A DNA stretch of 64,000 nucleotides from Desulfurococcales archaeon (lineage in GTDB: Archaea; Thermoproteota; Thermoprotei_A; Sulfolobales; Desulfurococcaceae), in NCBI GenBank assembly GCA_027022365.1, contig JALVYU010000026.1, positions 192,001 through 256,000 of the forward strand. Reading direction: 5' to 3'. Of the stretch, positions 50,476 to 60,021 are shown in pieces (the stretch's first letter is position 1; each line of letters begins with the position of its first letter). Under the pieces are notes generated by a model. It worked only from the letters and a program-made list of their open reading frames with translations. It was not told the DNA's origin and made no database searches. A program made the translations under genes and the position numbers.

Positions 50476-51149
50476 CCACTCGGCTTCGTGGTTACGAGGT
50501 CTACGAGCCTCTTGAGTTCATCGTCCGCATTTCCAACAGCAACCTTTAATCCAACATATCTTATGAAATCATAGTCCATTACACTGTCTCCAACGCCAAT
50601 AGCTTCTTCAGGTTTTACTCCTAGTTTCTTCATGACATGTACAAGGGCTTTCCCCTTACCAGCATCTTTAGGAGTTAAGTGGATAGCATATCCGCTAAAA
50701 CCTACCTTGATATTAGGGTCTCTCTTCTTGACGAATGCCTTTATTTCATTAACTATTTCATCGGCTTTTCCTCTGTATTCAGACCTTATTTTCAGGGCAA
50801 AATCATATGATCTGAACTTATTCTGCCAAGAGCCGTATACGTAATCAGAAAATTCATTCAGTACTTCCTCGTAAATTTTCCTCGCAGAATACCTTGTCAG
50901 TACCTCGAATTCGTTCCCATCCCAGTAAATTATGCATCCCGTCTCCCCAATAGCTGGCCCGGATAATCCAATGTATTTTTTGAGAGCTGCCACTGCGGGG
51001 ATCATATTGCTCGATACAAGTACTACACTAACTCCGCTTTTCTCCAATGCCCTGAGAGCTCTCAGGGCATCGAGGTCAAGCTCCACTGTATTGCGGCTCA
51101 GTGAGAGAGTTCCATCAATATCAAATGCGGCAAGCCTATATTTTGTCAT
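50427..51149 (-). CDS. phosphoglycolate phosphatase (HAD IIB)
   Basis: FDIDGTL, GKGKAL, GVGDSVMD, AVGNAD. Confidence 0.85.
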   Translation of the reverse strand: MTKYRLAAFDIDGTLSLSRNTVELDLDALRALRALEKSGVSVVLVSSNMIPAVAALKKYIGLSGPAIGETGCIIYWDGNEFEVLTRYSARKIYEEVLNEFSDYVYGSWQNKFRSYDFALKIRSEYRGKADEIVNEIKAFVKKRDPNIKVGFSGYAIHLTPKDAGKGKALVHVMKKLGVKPEEAIGVGDSVMDYDFIRYVGLKVAVGNADDELKRLVDLVTTKPSGQGVVELVSRILDGLL

Positions 51150-51258
51150 TTTATACTCCCCCGAATACTCGTTCTAATCGGCGTTATAGGATTGTAATAA
51201 TCAACTATTAAATCTATTAAATCATAGGTTCACTAGAGTCATAGACGGTGGCGTAATC

Positions 51259-52068
51259 GTGATGACACTGTACTTCGTTGGATTAGGTCTAAGCAGTAAA
51301 CATCTAACATTGGAGGCCATAGATGCTATCAACAAGGCTGATAAGATAATCATTGATACCTATACGAGCATAATACACGGCTTTACGCCTGAGCAGATTG
51401 CTAGTCTTAACCCACGCGCCGAACTAGTATTGGCGCGCCGAAAGGATCTTGAGGGAAGATCTATAAAAGAAATCGTCGACGAGGCTAAGCGGAAAAATAT
51501 AGCAATACTTGTCCCGGGGGATCCCTTCATCGCGACCACTCATGACGCCATAAGAATAGAGGCTCTTGAGCAAGGAGTTACTGTGAAGACAATCCATGGT
51601 GTATCAATATACTCGGTCGCAGCCTCAGCAACAGGTCTTCAAATATACAGGTTCGGAAAAACAGTGACACTCGTATATCCTGAAGCCTTCAAGCCCTACT
51701 CAACAATCGAAACTATATATGGGAACCTCATGAGGAATCTCCACACCCTCGTCCTGCTCGACCTAAAGCTAGAGGAGAAAAAGGCTATGAGAATAACCGA
51801 GGCCGTAGACATACTGCTGGAGCTAGATGAAAAAAGAATTCTCTCCAAAATAATAGCTGTTGGGCTATCAAGAGCGGGAACACCCGAACAAGTAGTACAT
51901 GCAGATATGTTCCCAGAGCTCAAAAAATATGATTACGCGGGCCCGCCAGAATCAATGATAATTGTTGCTAAGCCCCACCCTGTGGAGTTGGACGCCCTCA
52001 AGCTAATATGCGGCCTGCCAGATACCGTTATAAACAAGATCAATGATAGTTATTCAAAACTGTTTTAA
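51259..52068 (+). CDS. dph5: diphthine synthase
   Basis: LYFVGLGL, GDPFIATTH, GLQIYRFGKTVT, LHTLVLLD. Confidence 0.92.
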   Translation: MMTLYFVGLGLSSKHLTLEAIDAINKADKIIIDTYTSIIHGFTPEQIASLNPRAELVLARRKDLEGRSIKEIVDEAKRKNIAILVPGDPFIATTHDAIRIEALEQGVTVKTIHGVSIYSVAASATGLQIYRFGKTVTLVYPEAFKPYSTIETIYGNLMRNLHTLVLLDLKLEEKKAMRITEAVDILLELDEKRILSKIIAVGLSRAGTPEQVVHADMFPELKKYDYAGPPESMIIVAKPHPVELDALKLICGLPDTVINKINDSYSKLF

Positions 52069-53233
52069 TCCGGGGTGTATAGCCGTGACAAAGTATCCCT
52101 ATATCTTAATGGCCATACTAGTGCTGGCGATGGTGTTGCTATCTCCTTTGTCTTATAGTTACCCCGTTACAGTAAAAGATGCGCTGAACAGAATAGTTGA
52201 GATAAAGACAGCCCCGAAACACGTGGTGTCATTATCACCAAGCATAACAGAAATCATGGCATCGCTCGGTCTACTGGATAGACTAGTGGGTGTAGATTCT
52301 ATATCATATAAAGATCCTTACTATGGCATCGCGGAGTTCTGTAAATCACATAACGTATCAGATGTCGGAGGGTATTGGTGGTCAGCAATAAAAACAGAAA
52401 AAATATTGGCGTTAAAACCTGATCTTATCCTGGCTGATGCTGGAGCGCATGTTAAACTCCTTAAGTTCTTCGAGAACTATAACCTCACAGTAGTTTATCT
52501 TCATGCAGGTGCTTCCAAGTCGCTCGAGGACATATATTCCGATATAGACATGATCGCGAGGATATTCAATGTATCCGAAACAAGGGTTTCACAACTAATC
52601 CAGTCTATAGATAACAACATATCCCTGGCAAGACAATACATCGCGCCATACAAGACTGTTAGAGCAGTAGTTGTTGTAGGCTTCTATGAAGGCATATGGG
52701 TGGCCGGCAAAGCCACCTTTATCGATGATCTCCTCTCAAAAATAGGAATAACTAATGCCGCAACAACTATTGGCTGGAAAGCAGTAAATATAGAAACCAT
52801 AATGTCGTGGAAGCCACAAATAGTAATAATAGATACAACCTATGTCACCAATAAGACCTTAACCGAGTACGGCCTCAACAAGATCAATGCAAAACTGATC
52901 TTCTTAAACAAAACAGAAGTAGACCTGTTATCGAGGCCAGGACCATTAATCGGCGAAGCATCAGTGCTTCTAGCTAAAAGAATAGCTGACGCATTAGGCC
53001 CAGCACCAACCCCCACACCAGTAACTAAAACAATAGTTTCAACAAGCACAGTATCTCATACCGTTGTCAAAACTAGTGTAACAACTGTGACGAAGGAATA
53101 CGCCTCCGCTACAACCATAACGAGTACAAAAACTGTTGGACAGACCGCATCCTACGGGGAGATAATTGGTATCTCTATTGCAGTAATCATAGTTGGCATA
53201 GCAATCGGATACGCTATTAGTAGGAGACACTGA
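52043..53233 (+). CDS. ABC substrate-binding protein (cobalamin/Fe-siderophore type) with Thr-rich linker and C-terminal TM anchor
   Basis: VVSLSPSITE, ILALKPDL, RPGP. Confidence 0.85.
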   Translation: MIVIQNCFNPGCIAVTKYPYILMAILVLAMVLLSPLSYSYPVTVKDALNRIVEIKTAPKHVVSLSPSITEIMASLGLLDRLVGVDSISYKDPYYGIAEFCKSHNVSDVGGYWWSAIKTEKILALKPDLILADAGAHVKLLKFFENYNLTVVYLHAGASKSLEDIYSDIDMIARIFNVSETRVSQLIQSIDNNISLARQYIAPYKTVRAVVVVGFYEGIWVAGKATFIDDLLSKIGITNAATTIGWKAVNIETIMSWKPQIVIIDTTYVTNKTLTEYGLNKINAKLIFLNKTEVDLLSRPGPLIGEASVLLAKRIADALGPAPTPTPVTKTIVSTSTVSHTVVKTSVTTVTKEYASATTITSTKTVGQTASYGEIIGISIAVIIVGIAIGYAISRRH

Positions 53234-53245
53234 CTGTGATAAATT

Positions 53246-54235
53246 ATGAGCATCTATAGACTACACAGGAGAAAGATAATTATTTTTACAACAATAACAG
53301 CCGTACTTTCTCTTCTTCTCCTTGTAATGTCTTATCTGTTCCTGCATATGGGTTACGGTTCATCCACAATAATATATCAATACAGACTTAACAGGATAAC
53401 GGCAGCCATTTTAGTCGGTTTGATACTAGGTCTCACGGGCGCGCTACTCCAGTCAAGCCTACGGAACCCTCTTGTCGACCACTACATACTGGGTATTGGA
53501 AGCGGTGGAGTATTCGCCGTCATGTTATTCTACCTATTCAGGTCAAACGCTTATTCCCTAGCGATATTAACCATTATCGCTGCGGCGGGAGGTCTAGTAG
53601 CGCTTACCATAACTATAATGGTGGCTGAATCAGTCGGTGGAGGTGATATAGCATATGTTCTTGCAGGCATAGGTGTTAACTCGATGTTTTCTGGTGCAAG
53701 CCTCCTATTATCATATATTGTCGCCAGTAAAAACCCGTATATCGCCTACGCGCTTGTAGGTAGCTTCATCGCTATAGATCCTGACTGGATACCGTTGTTG
53801 GAAGTAATTTCCGCAATATCATTTGTTCTATACATCCTTTCATCTAAACCGCTTAATACGTTGTTGATGGGCGACGAGTACGCTGCGCAACAAGGATATA
53901 ATCCCAGGACTACGCGTCTGTTGATAGTTCTTTTCTCGGGCGTCATAGGTGCCTCTGTTGTTGCCTGCTGCGGCCTCATCGGGTTCATCGGGCTCGTGTC
54001 CCCACACATAGCTAGACTTATGCTCGGAACAAGCGATAATAGGCTTATACCGGTGATAGCTGGGTTAACTGGCGCCATTCTCCTGCTGTTAAGCGATAAT
54101 TTCTCGAGGCTCGTACTCGCCGGCCCATTCCTAGTGTCTGTAGGCGAGGTTCCAGCTGGCGCGATAGTGTCTTTGTTTGGTGCACCATTCTTTATATCGA
54201 TAATGATAAGAAGGCTTAGGGGTCACGGGGCTTGA
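53246..54235 (+). CDS. FecCD/BtuC-type ABC permease
   Basis: LQ..LRNPL, GLIGFIGLVSPH, GAPFF. Confidence 0.88.
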   Translation: MSIYRLHRRKIIIFTTITAVLSLLLLVMSYLFLHMGYGSSTIIYQYRLNRITAAILVGLILGLTGALLQSSLRNPLVDHYILGIGSGGVFAVMLFYLFRSNAYSLAILTIIAAAGGLVALTITIMVAESVGGGDIAYVLAGIGVNSMFSGASLLLSYIVASKNPYIAYALVGSFIAIDPDWIPLLEVISAISFVLYILSSKPLNTLLMGDEYAAQQGYNPRTTRLLIVLFSGVIGASVVACCGLIGFIGLVSPHIARLMLGTSDNRLIPVIAGLTGAILLLLSDNFSRLVLAGPFLVSVGEVPAGAIVSLFGAPFFISIMIRRLRGHGA

Positions 54236-55008
54236 ACCGATTGAATGATATATTAATAGATGTCGAGATGGCAGGATATAGAAATAATATTGTATTTAAA
54301 GATCTTCATCTAAGAATACCCGGTTATAAGATAACTGCGATCTTAGGCCCCAACGGCTCCGGCAAAACAACCCTACTAAGAATGTTGTTTAAGCGGGTCA
54401 AGTATAGGGGCACAATTGTAATAGATTTCAAAGAACTAGCTAGGATTAGGGGCTCTGATATTGCGAGGCTCTTAGCCTACATGGGCGATATTAGCCTTCC
54501 AGAAATGATGGGGTTAAGGGTATTCGAGGCATTATTAATTTCAAGGTCTAGTCTATACACTGGCCTGATTGAGAAAATTAAAGATATACATGAGGCGGAG
54601 GCAGTCATGGCGGAGACCGGTATAAAGCACTTGGCTGATAGAAGGCTTAATGAACTCAGTAGCGGTGAGCTTAGAAAGGTAGTACTTGCTATGGCACTTG
54701 TTAAGAGGCCAAAGTACTTGTTACTCGATGAGCCAGATAGTCATCTAGATATATCATCTAGAATAGAAATATCTAGGCTCATAAAAAAATGCCGAAAAAA
54801 TACTACTATCATAATCACAACTCATGACCCCGTATTTGCAGTTAATACAGCAGACTACTTCATATTACTACGAGATGGGAAGATCATCGATAAAGGAACA
54901 ATAGAAGAGGTGATCGGGAGGAAGAGCATAGAAAAAGCCTTTGGTGCTAGGCTAAAATATGTTTATGATAAAGGCAAACTAATAGGCATAATTCCGGTTT
55001 ATGACTAA
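54232..55008 (+). CDS. ABC ATP-binding protein
   Basis: GPNGSGKT, LSSGE, LLDEP. Confidence 0.9.
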   Translation: MNRLNDILIDVEMAGYRNNIVFKDLHLRIPGYKITAILGPNGSGKTTLLRMLFKRVKYRGTIVIDFKELARIRGSDIARLLAYMGDISLPEMMGLRVFEALLISRSSLYTGLIEKIKDIHEAEAVMAETGIKHLADRRLNELSSGELRKVVLAMALVKRPKYLLLDEPDSHLDISSRIEISRLIKKCRKNTTIIITTHDPVFAVNTADYFILLRDGKIIDKGTIEEVIGRKSIEKAFGARLKYVYDKGKLIGIIPVYD

Positions 55009-55011
55009 GCA

Positions 55012-55575
55012 TTAATCCCCGATATTATCAAGTAATCCCATCACTTCCTCGCTCGATAATATCTTAGCACCATATACTTTCTCCATGTACCCTAGGGCGT
55101 ACTCGTGGTCTTCCCTACTGAACGCGGCAACAGCATCTCTGACAACTATAAGGTTGAAACCATAATAGAATGCATCCCATGCAGTATGAAGTACACAGAT
55201 ATGCGTATGTATGCCTGTCAATATAACCGTGTCAATGCCTAGATCGTGAAGTACGTTAAGCAATCCAGTATCTCTGAAACCGCTGTAGTTTCTCTTATAC
55301 AATACTATATCTTCGAGGCTAGGCTTCAGCTCGTCAATGACTCTGTTCTCAGGCGAATCATAGAGTGCATGCTCTCCCCATATCTTGAGTTCATGGTCGA
55401 AGGGGAAGTGCCTGTCGCACAGATATATGACCGGTACATTTTTCTCTCTAGCCTTGATGAGGAGCTTGTTTATCACTGGAACTATCTTCTCAGCATCAGG
55501 ACTTTTGAGCCTCCCGTGAACGAACTCGTGGATCATATCTATAACTAGGACGGCAGGCCTCATGATGTAGTACAC
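55012..55575 (-). CDS. isochorismatase/nicotinamidase-family cysteine hydrolase
   Basis: VIDM, K..YSGF, THICVLHT. Confidence 0.85.
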   Translation of the reverse strand: MYYIMRPAVLVIDMIHEFVHGRLKSPDAEKIVPVINKLLIKAREKNVPVIYLCDRHFPFDHELKIWGEHALYDSPENRVIDELKPSLEDIVLYKRNYSGFRDTGLLNVLHDLGIDTVILTGIHTHICVLHTAWDAFYYGFNLIVVRDAVAAFSREDHEYALGYMEKVYGAKILSSEEVMGLLDNIGD

Positions 55576-55620
55576 CGTTTAGAAAATACTATATAACCGC
55601 TAATAGTTCTTAGGGATAAC

Positions 55621-55680
55621 ATGTGATGAACGACTTCGGAACAGAGCATCTGCGATGAAGAACCGTGTGAGGGCTGAGTG
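55621..55680 (+). ncRNA. C/D box guide sRNA
   Basis: GTGATGA 55623-55629, D' CAGA, C' ATGAAGA, D CTGA 55674-55677; TATA about 25-30 nt upstream. Confidence 0.8.
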
Positions 55681-55884
55681 GTAGGCATTCGGAGCCCTAC
55701 CTTAATCATTTGATTAAATAATTCATGATTTCTCTAAAACAGATAGTATTCATGGCTTATTAGGCATACTTTACCAGGAGCTGAGCTCTGTATATGAAAA
55801 GTTCTAGAGACATTAGTATCTTTTACACTTCTATCTTCATCCGTAACTGAACTATATTCTGTGTTTTCTTAAATGGTGTAATCT

Positions 55885-56502
55885 ATGCCTAGGGAGGTCA
55901 GGGTTCTCGCTGTCGAGGATAAGCCTTGGTGGATGCAGCCATTGTTCAGCTTCCCGTTTATAGGGGATCTAAGCGTCCGCCAACTCCTCATCTTGATGCT
56001 GTTTATTGTACCCGTAGTAGTACTAAGCATTACCGCTGGTCTAGGATTCATGGAGACCTTCGCTTTCTCATTGATAATGCTCTTCATAGGGCTCGGCATC
56101 GCTAAGAAACCAGTAAAATCGGTTCTCCCGGAAAAACAGCTTCTCGTCTTTCTAACCGGGAGGTATAAGCCTCGGGCCTTGGCCAGGAGTGCTGAGACGG
56201 TTGCCGAGAGAAGACATGTAGCAGGAGTTCCTGAAACAGTCGAAGTTGTAGCACGTGATTCTACCCGGATACCTACGGTCAAAATCGTGGGTGTCTTGAG
56301 GGATCCTCTCGGAAACCCCCTTGCGAACCAAGAGCTGGAAGTCCATGTTAACGGTAGGCTGCATACCCGGGTTAGAACAGGGTCTTCCGGCGAGTACGCA
56401 GTGTATTATACCCCGGATGGCCCGGGCCTATATGAGGTAGAGATCAGGCTTGGTGGTAGAACTATTCTCAGGAAAAGGGTTAGGGTGGGTGTGCGGGGTT
56501 GA
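55885..56502 (+). CDS. membrane protein (PrgI/VirB3-like N-terminus) with Ig-like C-terminal domain
   Basis: Two TM helices after GDLSVRQL; beta-rich C-terminus; directly upstream of the VirB4-like gene. Confidence 0.55.
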   Translation: MPREVRVLAVEDKPWWMQPLFSFPFIGDLSVRQLLILMLFIVPVVVLSITAGLGFMETFAFSLIMLFIGLGIAKKPVKSVLPEKQLLVFLTGRYKPRALARSAETVAERRHVAGVPETVEVVARDSTRIPTVKIVGVLRDPLGNPLANQELEVHVNGRLHTRVRTGSSGEYAVYYTPDGPGLYEVEIRLGGRTILRKRVRVGVRG

Positions 56503-58328
56503 AGAGGTATTATTACCAGGTTTACCCGGTGAACTATTCTCTGCTCCACGAGGACGAGCAGATCAGTATTATCGAGGGCTTCAAGGATCTCCTAAACCAG
56601 GTGAGGGGGGACCTGATAATAACCTGTAGGAGGGAGGTTAAGGAAATACGCTGGGAGGATCGCGTGTTCGAAGCCGACCTCTACAGCTTCTATATAGAGT
56701 CTTTGGAGCGTATCGATGAGTTGTTAGAGGTTTCAGGCCTGCTCTACCAGCCTCTCCTGAACCCGCCTCCGAGCCTCCTCGATCCCGGCCGGGCCCTGGT
56801 CAAGCCCAGATACATTATCCATGATGGGAGGATCTACCGTGTCCTATCGGCCTACAGGTTGCCTGCAACGCTTACAGAGGGCTTCTTGCAAGAGATCCTT
56901 CCACTGGTCGATGAAGCGAGGATCCTTGTAAAGCCCCTCCACAGACACTATGCTGTCAGAATGCTTCAGCATAGATACAGGTTTCTAAGAGCCCTCATGG
57001 CCAGCTACCAGTATGAGGGTAGGCCACCCGACTTACACATCGAAGAGGAATATACCGTCCTCGAGGAGCTTCTTCAATCGCTTGTTAGGAGGGAGACCAG
57101 TCTATTCGGTATTAGATTCGTATTGGTAGTAAGTGGTGGTTCTCGTGAGGAGGCTAGGGCTAGAGCAGAGTATGTAAAACGTGAATTGGAATCTATGGGT
57201 TTTGACGTTGACAGCCCGGCTTTTCTACAGTGGCTTATGTATGAGCTAAAAGAACCTAACCCTATTTACACTGATACTCATACCTTGGGAGCTTTCTTCC
57301 CATTCATATCTAACACGCTTATGGAGACCGACGAGGTATTCCTCGGGCTGTCTAGGATCGATAAGAGCCCGGTGTTCTACGATATCTACATCCATACAAA
57401 CTATAACCTGGTGGTTCTAGGTATTCCGGGCGCCGGTAAATCGGTTACCGGCAAAGTACTCATATACAGGTATTATAGGAGGTATGGAGAGGACATCGAC
57501 TTCTACGTTATAGATCCTGAGAACGAGTACCGACCCCTTCTACATCAGTCAGGGGGGCAGGTCATAGAGGTCAAGCCCGGGGAACCCCTAGGCCTCGACC
57601 CGTTAAAGCTACTACCGAAAAGCGATGCCGTCGACGTAGTCTCTACACTAGCTAATATTCCAGGGCATCTATACGGAGAGTTAGCCAGCCTTGTAAAGAA
57701 ACATGAAAGTATATGGAGCCTTTACGGAGAAGCTTCCGATGAACTTAGAAAATATCTGAAAGGACTACTCGAGGGACCCGAGTCATTTGTTTTCCAGGGA
57801 GAACCGGTTGAATTGGGCAACCGTGTCGGTATATTGCTTCGCGGTGTTGAGAGCGAGAAGCTCAAAAACATTATATCACTCCTAGTATTCGCTAGGATCT
57901 GGAGGAACATTGAGGAAGCCCCAAGATCGAGGAGAAAAGTTGTTGTCGTCGATGAGGCCTGGCTCCTCCTAAAGAACCCTAATGCTGCTAGGTGGATGGA
58001 GGCTATTTCTAGGAGAGGCCGTAAACGCAATGTTGCATTCATATTTCTTACCCAGCAACCACAGGATGTTCTACGCAACCCGGTTGGTAGCCTCATAGTC
58101 AGGAATGCTGCTTCTAAGCTCCTCCTTATGCAGGATATTAATGCCATCGATGCGGTCTCTAAAGAGTTCAAGCTGAGCGAGGCCGAGAAGCAGGAGCTTC
58201 TCCGGGCTCAGCCAGGCGAGGGGATCCTTATCACGGAGAACACTAGGCTCTCGCTTAGGATCACCCTCTCGAAGAAGGAGTATAGGCTCTTCACTACCAG
58301 GCCTACAGAGGTCGAAGAGGCGGCCTAG
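56499..58328 (+). CDS. VirB4/TraC-like conjugation-type ATPase
   Basis: GIPGAGKS, IDPENEY, VVDEAW, RRGRKRN, LTQQPQD. Confidence 0.85.
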   Translation: MKRYYYQVYPVNYSLLHEDEQISIIEGFKDLLNQVRGDLIITCRREVKEIRWEDRVFEADLYSFYIESLERIDELLEVSGLLYQPLLNPPPSLLDPGRALVKPRYIIHDGRIYRVLSAYRLPATLTEGFLQEILPLVDEARILVKPLHRHYAVRMLQHRYRFLRALMASYQYEGRPPDLHIEEEYTVLEELLQSLVRRETSLFGIRFVLVVSGGSREEARARAEYVKRELESMGFDVDSPAFLQWLMYELKEPNPIYTDTHTLGAFFPFISNTLMETDEVFLGLSRIDKSPVFYDIYIHTNYNLVVLGIPGAGKSVTGKVLIYRYYRRYGEDIDFYVIDPENEYRPLLHQSGGQVIEVKPGEPLGLDPLKLLPKSDAVDVVSTLANIPGHLYGELASLVKKHESIWSLYGEASDELRKYLKGLLEGPESFVFQGEPVELGNRVGILLRGVESEKLKNIISLLVFARIWRNIEEAPRSRRKVVVVDEAWLLLKNPNAARWMEAISRRGRKRNVAFIFLTQQPQDVLRNPVGSLIVRNAASKLLLMQDINAIDAVSKEFKLSEAEKQELLRAQPGEGILITENTRLSLRITLSKKEYRLFTTRPTEVEEAA

Positions 58329-58329
58329 A

Positions 58330-59925
58330 TTGAAGAAGATCAGGCTCCCCTTCAAGATTAAACTATTGTTTTCCCCACGGGAGAGGAGACAGCAGATCGT
58401 GGGGGCTGGCCCGCGTCTTATCAGCTATCATGCTAGTGCATATGTTACCTCTGGCGAGATTATCAAGGTCTACAATACTGGTTATGAGAACATGGCCACG
58501 GTCTACATCGTAGATGAGGGCGGTAGGGGACTATACATTGTTGATGAGCCCAGGGTGCCGGAGGAAGTCAAGAATGTCTATGGCCTCATAATGGAGCATC
58601 TGAGCTACTCCCTGAAGCCGGCCCAGGTTTCTAATATTGAGGACTATGTGAAGAACCTGGTGTGGGAGGCGGCTGAGGAGCTCGGAGTCGTAGATATTGT
58701 AGAGCAACACATCAAGACCCTGAACTACTATATTATGAGGGATGTCATAGGCTATGGCTATATTGATGTCCCTATGAGGGATCCCCTTGTTGAAGAGATC
58801 AGTATGGAGGGGCCGGGTGTACCAGTAGCTATTGTTCACCGCGATGTCTCTAACTATACGTGGCTGGACACAAACATTGTTATACCGAGCGAGGAGGAAG
58901 CGGCTGTATTTGTCCAGAAACTGGCCCAGAAGTGTGGTAAGTATATATCGACGGCTTTCCCGATCCTAGAGGCCCGTTCCCCGGAAGGTCATAGAATAGC
59001 CTTGGCTCTAGGCGAGGTATCTGGCCGGGGCTCCAGTTTCACGATTAGGAAGTTCCCTGAGAAGCCCCTCACGATTACTCAGCTCATAGATTATGGAACC
59101 CTATCCCCCCTCATGGCGGCTTATTTCTGGATCCTCCTCGAAAACCTAGCGTTTATCCTAATAATAGGAGGGATGGCTACAGGGAAGACCACTACACTTC
59201 AAGCCCTTCTAACTTTAGGTCCACCAGACTACAAGTACGTTACGATCGAGGACACGCCAGAACTAAGGCTTCCTCATACCCACTGGGATCCATTGTATAC
59301 CAGGAAAGGCTATACAATAGGATCCTCACAACTCGACATAGACCTCTTTGAGTTAACAAAATTCTCGCTAAGGAGGAGAGGCCAATATATTGTGGTAGGC
59401 GAGGTCCGTGGAAAGGAGATCCAGTCCCTGGTCCAGGCTGCGGCTACTGGCCAGGGGTCTATGTGTACTTTTCATGCTAACTCTATCGAGGAGGCTTTCT
59501 TGAGGATTACTAGCCCCCCGCTCGATGTTAAGCCAGCCTTCCTCATGCTGATATGGAGTATAGTCCTTATGAGGCGTGTAAGACTGAAGGACGGCCGTGT
59601 TGTCCGGAGAATGGCTAAGGTATGGGAAATAACCGGGCTAGATCTAGAATCAAACAAACCAATACCCCTAAACTATACGGAGGTATTCTCTTGGGATCCG
59701 TTCACGGACTCCTTCAAACCAGATACACCCGAGGAAGTTATCAGTAGGAGCTATAGGTTGAAGCAAGTAGCTAAAGCCAGCGGCTTAGCATCGAATGAGC
59801 TTCTGGAAGAGATAAGAATAAGGGCTAGGTATCTTGAGGAGATGGTGAAGGATAAGGTATTCGATTACAATGATGTATCCAAGAGATTGTTTAAATATTA
59901 TAAGAGTAAGATAAAAAAGAATTAG
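58330..59925 (+). CDS. type II/IV secretion ATPase (VirB11/TadA/FlaI family)
   Basis: GGMATGKTT, TIEDTPEL, VVGEVRG, TFHA. Confidence 0.88.
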   Translation: MKKIRLPFKIKLLFSPRERRQQIVGAGPRLISYHASAYVTSGEIIKVYNTGYENMATVYIVDEGGRGLYIVDEPRVPEEVKNVYGLIMEHLSYSLKPAQVSNIEDYVKNLVWEAAEELGVVDIVEQHIKTLNYYIMRDVIGYGYIDVPMRDPLVEEISMEGPGVPVAIVHRDVSNYTWLDTNIVIPSEEEAAVFVQKLAQKCGKYISTAFPILEARSPEGHRIALALGEVSGRGSSFTIRKFPEKPLTITQLIDYGTLSPLMAAYFWILLENLAFILIIGGMATGKTTTLQALLTLGPPDYKYVTIEDTPELRLPHTHWDPLYTRKGYTIGSSQLDIDLFELTKFSLRRRGQYIVVGEVRGKEIQSLVQAAATGQGSMCTFHANSIEEAFLRITSPPLDVKPAFLMLIWSIVLMRRVRLKDGRVVRRMAKVWEITGLDLESNKPIPLNYTEVFSWDPFTDSFKPDTPEEVISRSYRLKQVAKASGLASNELLEEIRIRARYLEEMVKDKVFDYNDVSKRLFKYYKSKIKKN

Positions 59926-60021
59926 CTATCTTTATTTATAATTTGTTATAATTTATATTGTTATAAAGGAAAAGTATTCTCAGATATGTATGTTTATTAA
60001 AAAGTGCTTGTTTAGAGATTT

